A stretch of 5,092 bases of DNA. It comes from Rotaria sp. (Eukaryota). Position 1 is the first letter of the stretch. Every line of letters begins with the position of its first letter. Of the stretch, positions 1 through 5,092 are shown one piece after another. The notes beneath the pieces are model-generated. The model did not search any database and had not been told where the DNA came from. It saw only the letters and a program-made list of their open reading frames with translations. The stretch lies in contig CAJNZF010003099.1 in assembly GCA_905331525.1 (NCBI GenBank), positions 5,453 to 10,544 on the forward strand. The letters run 5' to 3'. Made by a program: the position numbers and the translations under genes.

Positions 1-57
1 TCTGGGAGGGCGCGGGGTCGGGGGGCGGGGCGGGGGGGGGGGGGGGGGGGGGGGGGG
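1..57. other. G-rich leader ending in an uninterrupted 26-nt poly-G run (32-57)
   Basis: Direct reading: tctgggagggcgcggggtcggggggcggggc followed by g x26, then an abrupt switch to AT-rich sequence. Possible contig-end, sequencing or assembly artefact, or a real G-rich tract. Confidence 0.85.
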
Positions 58-60
58 TAT

Positions 61-332
61 CGTTATGTCCTCAAGTCCTGTACTATAGGGTGCCTTTAGG
101 TCCTCAAGTCCTATTCTATAAGGGTACCCTTAGGTCCTCAAGTCCTATATTGTGAGGGTGCCTTTAGGACCTCAAGTCCTCTATTGGGAGAGTGCTTTTA
201 GGACCTCAAGTCCTATATTATGAGGGTACCCTTAGGTCCTCAAGTCCTATATTATACGGGTACCCTTAAGTCCTCAAGTCCTATATTGTGAGAGTGCTCT
301 TAGGTCCTCAAGTCCTATATTATGAGGACCCA
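61..332. repeat. Tandem array of about 8 copies of a 34-bp unit (consensus approx. CCTCAAGTCCTATATTATGAGGGTACCCTTAGGT)
   Basis: The 11-mer cctcaagtcct starts at 69, 102, 136, 170, 204, 238, 272 and 306. Spacing is 33 bp once, then 34 bp six times. The linkers vary (gggtaccctt, gggtgccttt, gagtgctctt). Confidence 0.95.
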
Positions 333-812
333 ATTATCTTCACTTTTTGTGTACTCAAAAAGTGAGTACACTCTAGAATCGGTCAGTATGTCCGGCCGGC
401 CGTTTACACGATAACTTTTGAAAGGAGAGTCCGATTCCGATGAAATTTTCTACACAGTTTAGTCTCAACAATATCTCGGTCGAGTTCGAAGGTAAGAAGG
501 ATTGGCCGAGCCGTTCCTGAGTTATTGCAAAAATACTCATTTTCCCCTATGGCTTCCTATAGGAAAATAGACCTATCACCACATTCGTAAAACACTTTCC
601 CTATCATAGTCAAATGAAACCTCAACTATTATACACCGTTCGATAGAGAATTTCACGAGCTACAGAATAGTATATAAAACATAAAGAAGTATAACTCATC
701 TATTGCAAGGGTAATTAAACGACAATTGGTTCTGTTTGTGTTCACACTCTAATTGATCGACAATTAGAGCTCTGTCTTTCTATCATAGAGATGACAGTTC
801 GAGGTTTTTTGG

Positions 813-989
813 GTCGAAGAACTCCAATCTGAGCTCCGTTTGCCTCGAAATCCTATTGGTTGAGCAGTAACCAATAGAAATCAAGTTATCGGAAAAACGA
901 CTTTCCTAAGGTAAATCAAGGCGAAGAGTTCAAATCTGAGCTGTATTCATCCGTAAATCCTAGTGGTTGAGCAGTAGCCAAAAAATCAA
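813..989. repeat. Diverged direct duplication: copy A 813-884, copy B 920-989 (107-bp spacing)
   Basis: gtcgaagaactccaatctgagct...aaatcctattggttgagcagtaaccaatagaaatcaa versus ggcgaagagttcaaatctgagct...aaatcctagtggttgagcagtagccaaaaaatcaa. Confidence 0.75.
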
Positions 990-1083
990 CTATTTATAGA
1001 AAATGTTTGCCAGGATAATTTTTATGCCCACACATTCTAGGATGACTAATCAGTCTCATTCACTTTTTGAGGTACACATAACT

Positions 1084-1101
1084 CTCGGATTTAAATCCGA
1101 G
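1084..1101. repeat. Perfect 18-bp palindrome CTCGGATTTAAATCCGAG
   Basis: ctcggattt | aaatccgag read directly. Confidence 0.85.
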
Positions 1102-1783
1102 GTTTCCACATTTTTTTCTATACTCTTCGTAGGTAATTAGAAATTTGTCGATCGCTCAAGGATGATGGGTTTGTCTTACATCTGATAAATATTCTATCGA
1201 AATCTTCTCAAGTTTTCGTTATGAATTCTCAAGTCTAGTTTATTCTAATACCTATGGAGAAATATATACTTAGTTACAAAGTTAGTGAAAGAAGAATCTA
1301 AATTAGTTTATTAGTATCAAATATGTATGTGATAATGAAACTTAGATTTTTAAGAAGAATCAATGAATTGATACGACAAACGAAAAATTCTAGGGAAAAA
1401 ATACCATAGATAAAACGATATCAAGTTTTTGGTATATTTTATTAAAAGAAAATATTGAACAGCAACACTATTGACGTACTTCTAAAATTTATTCATTGTT
1501 GAGACTATTTTTTTTTCTCATTCTTTAACAGTCGTCTGTCGTAAATAAAAAATAATTTATTGCTACAAAAGTTAATAGAGCAGCTAAGTTTTTATTTGAT
1601 TCCTGTAATCTTTATGACTTACGCATATTTATCATCTAGTTGTTCTTTTAAGACTTATACTGAAAACGGAATATATACTCAGCATTATATTCTTTTTATG
1701 GTATAAGAGTTAAAAAATTAATGTTTCTTCGCGTAAGAATTTCAATCGACGACGAACTCAGTAAAATAACAAGCTCTAAAATG

Positions 1784-1968
1784 AAATCATTAATGAAACT
1801 AAGCTATTTAACATTTTTTTCAACTGATTGATTAAGATCAATCAGTGTGACGTTTCGTTCTAACTAAGAACATTATCAAACACAAATAAATAGACAGAAG
1901 AAGAATATACATAAGAGTAAAACAATGTCTTCGTTTTTCTATTCTATTGTTTTAAACATTCTAGTGCA
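1784..1968 (+). repeat. Left arm of foldback element 1
   Basis: Pairs with the reverse complement of 1992-2087 plus 2399-2485. Confidence 0.85.
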
Positions 1969-2082
1969 GACGGATCAATTTTATTCCCCCGTGCATTGAA
2001 ATGCTTAAAACAATAGAATAAAAAACGATGACATTATTTTACTCTTATATATGTTCTTCTTCTGTCTATTTATTTGTGTTTG

Positions 2083-2087
2083 ATAAT
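2083..2087. repeat. Target site duplication ATAAT, left copy
   Basis: ataat immediately before tgtgccg. Confidence 0.8.
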
Positions 2088-2263
2088 TGTGCCGATATTG
2101 ATGACACGGCTAGATGATTCTCCTTTCTTCTCTGTCTGTTCTCTTTCCGTTGTTCTAATATATCACTCTCCTGTCTGTGCTGATATTGATGGCACGGTTC
2201 GATGATTCTCCTTCCTTCTCTATCTGTTCTCTTGCCGTTGTTCTAATATATCTCTCTCCTGTC
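2088..2263 (+). repeat. 88-bp tandem duplication in the 5' portion of the LTR (units 2088-2175 and 2176-2263)
   Basis: The units tgtgccgatattgatgacacgg... and tgtgctgatattgatggcacgg... align without gaps. I count 8 mismatches in 88 bp (~91% identity). Confidence 0.92.
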
Positions 2264-2281
2264 TCTCTTCTATCTCTCTCC

Positions 2282-2290
2282 TATATATAT
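2282..2290 (+). promoter_or_regulatory. TATA-like stretch, possible LTR promoter
   Basis: tatatatat after a CT-rich tract inside the inferred LTR. Motif-only evidence. Confidence 0.35.
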
Positions 2291-2337
2291 GCGTATTATG
2301 TATGAAGTTGTTACACTCTGGATATGTGAAATAGCTG

Positions 2338-2343
2338 AATAAA
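2338..2343 (+). promoter_or_regulatory. AATAAA, possible LTR polyadenylation signal
   Basis: aataaa 56 nt downstream of the start of the TATA-like stretch and 50 nt before the LTR 3' end. Motif-only evidence. Confidence 0.4.
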
Positions 2344-2393
2344 CATCATTGCCGAGAATGGCGAAAAGCTATTCAATCCAGTTTGTCGTTACA

Positions 2394-2398
2394 ATAAT
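2394..2398. repeat. Target site duplication ATAAT, right copy
   Basis: ataat immediately after gttaca. Confidence 0.8.
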
Positions 2399-3825
2399 GT
2401 TCTTAGTTAGAACAAAACGTCACACTGATTGATCTTAATAAATCAGTTTAATAAATGTTAAATAGCTTAGTTTCACTAATGATTTATTATGGAATGTGGT
2501 GCTACAAAATGACAAATAAGTTCTACATTATATATTTTTTCTACGAATATCGTATTTTGTCAACTATCTCGATGGAATGTACAAGAAAGTTTTCCACAAA
2601 TACTATCCTAAGAAAAAGCAAAAATAAGCGTAGAAGGTAAGGTGAAACTAAATCCTCTACATCGTTCAATTCTGAAGTCTTCTTCTATTAGAGTTATCTG
2701 AATCTTTTTGCTCATATTTTCTAAGCTCGACCAACGGTCAATGAGAATCGTTATTCACAATTCGTATACAGTAAATATGTGAATTTCTTCATAATCTAAA
2801 TAGATTTTTAGATTAAATTCAGATATCATTCATGTATCTTATCTTTGTGTGTATTCACATCGCTCGCAGAAGTGATGTTTACTTATTGAGCGATCTTCAT
2901 CGTATGACTGAATGAATGAATGTGCTGAACGAATTTATTTTCTCTTTTGTTCTTCTCTGACTTTTTTCTTGTACTTCTTGACTTAAATGTTTCTTTTCTT
3001 CCCTTTGCTTTCCTATCTTTCCAATTTGATTAAGACTAACAGTCAATTACTAAGCATATAAGATCAGTTCTGTTTATGCCACATACATTTGTCGAATATA
3101 TATTCACTGAAAATATGAGTCTCTTGACTTGGCTATAGTTTCTAATTGGATTATGTAGCTCATAATTAATAATGTTGTATTGCTTGTCATAAAACGAGTT
3201 TCAATTAGCTCATATACTGATGAATTGATAATTTGTGATGAAAACTCTAATGCAGCAATTTTATGTTTGAGAATATTAGGAACTTATAATTTATCGTACG
3301 TTTCGAGCTTTGAACATAATCAAAAAATTAGGATTTCAATGTGAAAATTGAGACTTTAAATCAATAAAATCAACCTGTATTTTTTCGATATTCTAATGTT
3401 TGCACCAACACATGATTACGATTCATATGATGTCAATGTTATGCAGATTTTTACTTTAATCAAAGGAACTCTTTTTCACATAATGAAATCTACAGCGAAT
3501 ACTTTTTTTTGAATTAATTCAGTAGATCAAAAGATAAATGAAGTCCCAAAAAAAAGATTAATCTACTTTGAGCATTTACAGCTGTTTTCATTGGAAAATA
3601 TGATCATAAACATTTCTCACTATCTTTTACGAAGAATACAATGACTTATATAACCGTTTCAGAGATTATTTAATGTGAATAACGCTTGGAAAGTCTGACT
3701 AGACGTAAAAACGTCAAGAAAAGTGATGATCACGTTTTTTCTTGCCGTTTATCACCGTTTCCTAACAGAACGGGTGATTATGACAGTTTAAACGGCATTT
3801 CCAGCGTTTCACTTCTTCCTGGGTA

Positions 3826-4228
3826 CGAGGTACATAGTAAGATGGACATTTTTCGGTATCTTTTTGATATACATATCTCATAAACAGATCATGTTAGAGA
3901 ATTGAAATTTTGGCTATGGGGAGATTTCAATGAGTACTTACTCTACTAAAAATTTCAGCTTTCTAAGCAATTCCTATCGTTCAGAAGATCTTTCACAAAA
4001 TCACGATTTTTGAAGGGACCAATCCCGCAAAATATGACATCAATAGAAGTCGAGTTGGTATAGTTTTAAAGTACATAATAAGTACTACAGAGCAATGTAA
4101 AAATTGACGTGGGATCTTATAGAATGGCCTGTGGAACCTTATTGAAAAATACCCAAAAATGACCCTGTTTCTATCGAAAATATACTTGAATTCGTTCAGA
4201 AATTCATAGAAAAGTTTCATCGTATGAA
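3826..4228 (+). repeat. Left arm of foldback element 2
   Basis: Matches the reverse complement of 4466-4844, with about 24 nt extra near 3901-3927. Confidence 0.85.
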
Positions 4229-4316
4229 TACTACTATGACAAAATGTATTAGCTCCTAGGAACTGGAGACTAGTTCCAGTTCTTAGAGCCAGAACTGTAC
4301 CTAAGAGTTGGGCGAT

Positions 4317-4332
4317 GACTCATCGATGAGTC
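4317..4332. repeat. Perfect 16-bp palindrome GACTCATCGATGAGTC in the loop of foldback element 2
   Basis: gactcatc | gatgagtc read directly. Confidence 0.85.
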
Positions 4333-4465
4333 GTTAGGTTTTTAGAGTTGCTACTGATGACTCATAAGCGACTCATTGATAATTTGTTTTTAACTCAATT
4401 TCCAAGAACTTTTCTACAGAATTCAGTAAAGAGTCATGTGCTGATTTATGTCGAATAGAACTTAT

Positions 4466-4844
4466 TTCATATGATGAAACTTTTCTATGAATTTTTGAAC
4501 AAATTTAAGTCTATTTTCGATTAAAAAGGGGTCATTTTTGGGTATTTTTCAATAAGTTTCCGCAGGCCATTTCACAAGATCCTACGCCAATTCTTAAATT
4601 ACTTTATAGCACTCAGTGTGCACTTTAAAACTATACCAACTCGACTTATATTGATGTCATATTTTGGAAGATTGGTTCCTTCAAAAATCGTGATTTTGTG
4701 AAAGGTCTTCTGAACGATAGGAACTACTTAGAAAGCTGAACTTTTTACTAGAGTAAGTACTCATTGAGATCTCTAACATGATCTGTTTATGAGATATGTA
4801 TATCCAAAAGATACCGAAAAATAACCATCTTACTGTGTACCTCG
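4466..4844 (-). repeat. Right arm of foldback element 2
   Basis: Reverse complement matches 3826-4228. Confidence 0.85.
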
Positions 4845-5092
4845 TAGTATTAGTCAACTCATCAATAGTTTATCCATTTGAGCTCATTTTATTTTCGGTA
4901 ATACAGAATCATGATATCTATTTGCAGTATAAAATTTCAAATCGAACGCATGTACCCTTGATGAGATATAAATGTCACAAATAATTACAAAAATGTGCTT
5001 TTTTGACGATAATGCTCTCAGAATAATTTAAATATCTCAAGAACGAAACAATATCTTTTGAAACAGGTTGCGTCAAAATTCTTAGTACTCTT

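Larger units (their letters stand above)
2088..2393 (+). mobile_element. Probable solo LTR (306 bp) of an LTR retrotransposon, family not assigned
   Basis: Begins TGTGCCGATATTG and ends GTCGTTACA (TG...CA). It is flanked by identical 5-bp ATAAT at 2083-2087 and 2394-2398. It interrupts a foldback arm whose opposite arm keeps the uninterrupted site ctaagaacattatcaaa (1864-1880). Internal TATATATAT (2282-2290) and AATAAA (2338-2343) suggest plus orientation. Confidence 0.82.
1784..2485. mobile_element. Foldback / MITE-like inverted-repeat element, interrupted by an LTR insertion
   Basis: Left arm 1784-1968 matches the reverse complement of the right arm (1992-2087 joined to 2399-2485) at roughly 90% identity. 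Examples are gaaactaagctatttaacatt, gatcaatcagtgtgacgtt, ctaagaacattatcaaacacaaataaatagacagaagaagaa and tctattctattgtttta. Loop is 1969-1991. The outer ends are approximate and no unambiguous TSD was found. Confidence 0.85.
1992..2485 (-). repeat. Right arm of foldback element 1, split by the 2088-2393 insertion plus its TSD copy
   Basis: The segments 1992-2087 and 2399-2485 together are the reverse complement of the left arm. Confidence 0.85.
3826..4844. mobile_element. Long foldback / MITE-like inverted-repeat element, non-coding, flanked by TA (3824-3825 and 4845-4846)
   Basis: The left end CGAGGTACATAGTAAGATGG is complementary to the right end CCATCTTACTGTGTACCTCG. The long arms continue inward, for example ttttcggtatctttt.gatatacatatctcataaacagatcatgttagaga, agatctttcacaaaatcacgatttttgaag, aagtcgagttggtatagttttaaagt and ttattgaaaaatacccaaaaatgacc. 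Pairing stops outside TA on both sides. Confidence 0.85.

Noticed and set aside
61-332. Possible CRISPR array (regular repeats)
   Set aside because: The whole 34-bp unit repeats, with no unique spacers of typical length. The DNA also looks eukaryotic and contains LTR and MITE-like repeats, so this is a tandem minisatellite.
421-780. Possible homology of this moderately complex segment to a known dispersed repeat
   Set aside because: The sequence texture looks repeat-like, but I could not identify a family or internal structure without a database search. A BLAST/RepeatModeler run would be decisive.
1784-2485. Reading the 1784-2485 palindrome as two independent inverted repeats (outer and inner)
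   Set aside because: The left arm is continuous across the junction (ctaagaacattatcaaacac), and the right arm becomes continuous after removing 2088-2393 plus one TSD. One interrupted element is the simpler explanation.
2455-2640. 61-aa plus-strand ORF
   Set aside because: It starts within the outer right arm of foldback element 1 and runs out into flanking AT-rich DNA. No recognised motif.
2793-2814. AATCTAAA/TTTAGATT 8-bp stem-loop
   Set aside because: A short AT-only inverted repeat in AT-rich DNA is expected by chance.
2909-2925. Short gaatgaatgaatg run
   Set aside because: About three tetranucleotide copies, too few to call a microsatellite of interest.
2931-3025. Pyrimidine-rich tract (ttttctcttttgttcttctctgac...)
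   Set aside because: Composition bias only. No periodicity, splice-site context with coding sequence, or partner structure was found.
3686-3883. 65-aa plus-strand ORF
   Set aside because: It crosses the left boundary of foldback element 2 and the upstream hairpin cluster, and it is short with no recognised motif. Most likely chance.
3993-4220. 75-aa minus-strand ORF (MKLFYEFLNEFKYIFDRN...)
   Set aside because: It lies entirely within the left arm of foldback element 2. The paralogous sequence in the right arm (+ strand from ~4474) reads MKLFYEFLNKFKSIFD and then a TAA stop, so the frame is not maintained. No recognisable domain.
4796-4984. 62-aa plus-strand ORF
   Set aside because: It crosses the right end of foldback element 2 and has chance-level length in AT-rich DNA. 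No recognised motif.

Overview
This is an AT-rich, essentially non-coding window that looks like eukaryotic intergenic/repeat DNA. I found no credible protein-coding gene, rRNA, tRNA or CRISPR array. All four supplied ORFs are short and lack recognisable family motifs, and three of them cross or sit inside repeat structures. The structure that can be supported is as follows. (1) A 26-nt poly-G run lies in a G-rich leader at the window start. (2) A tandem array of about eight copies of a 34-bp unit follows (~61-332). (3) A diverged ~70-bp direct duplication occurs at 107-bp spacing (~813-989). (4) A long foldback (hairpin) element spans ~1784-2485, with ~185-bp arms and a 23-nt loop. (5) A probable 306-bp solo LTR (2088-2393, TGT...ACA, 5-bp ATAAT target duplications) is inserted in the right arm of that foldback, and the pre-insertion site is preserved in the left arm. 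The LTR contains an internal 88-bp tandem duplication, a TATA-like stretch and an AATAAA. (6) A second, larger foldback element spans ~3826-4844, with ~380-405-bp arms flanked by TA. Its 237-nt loop carries smaller palindromes. The strongest result is the nested insertion in (4)/(5). I see no evidence of a new enzymatic or defence system.
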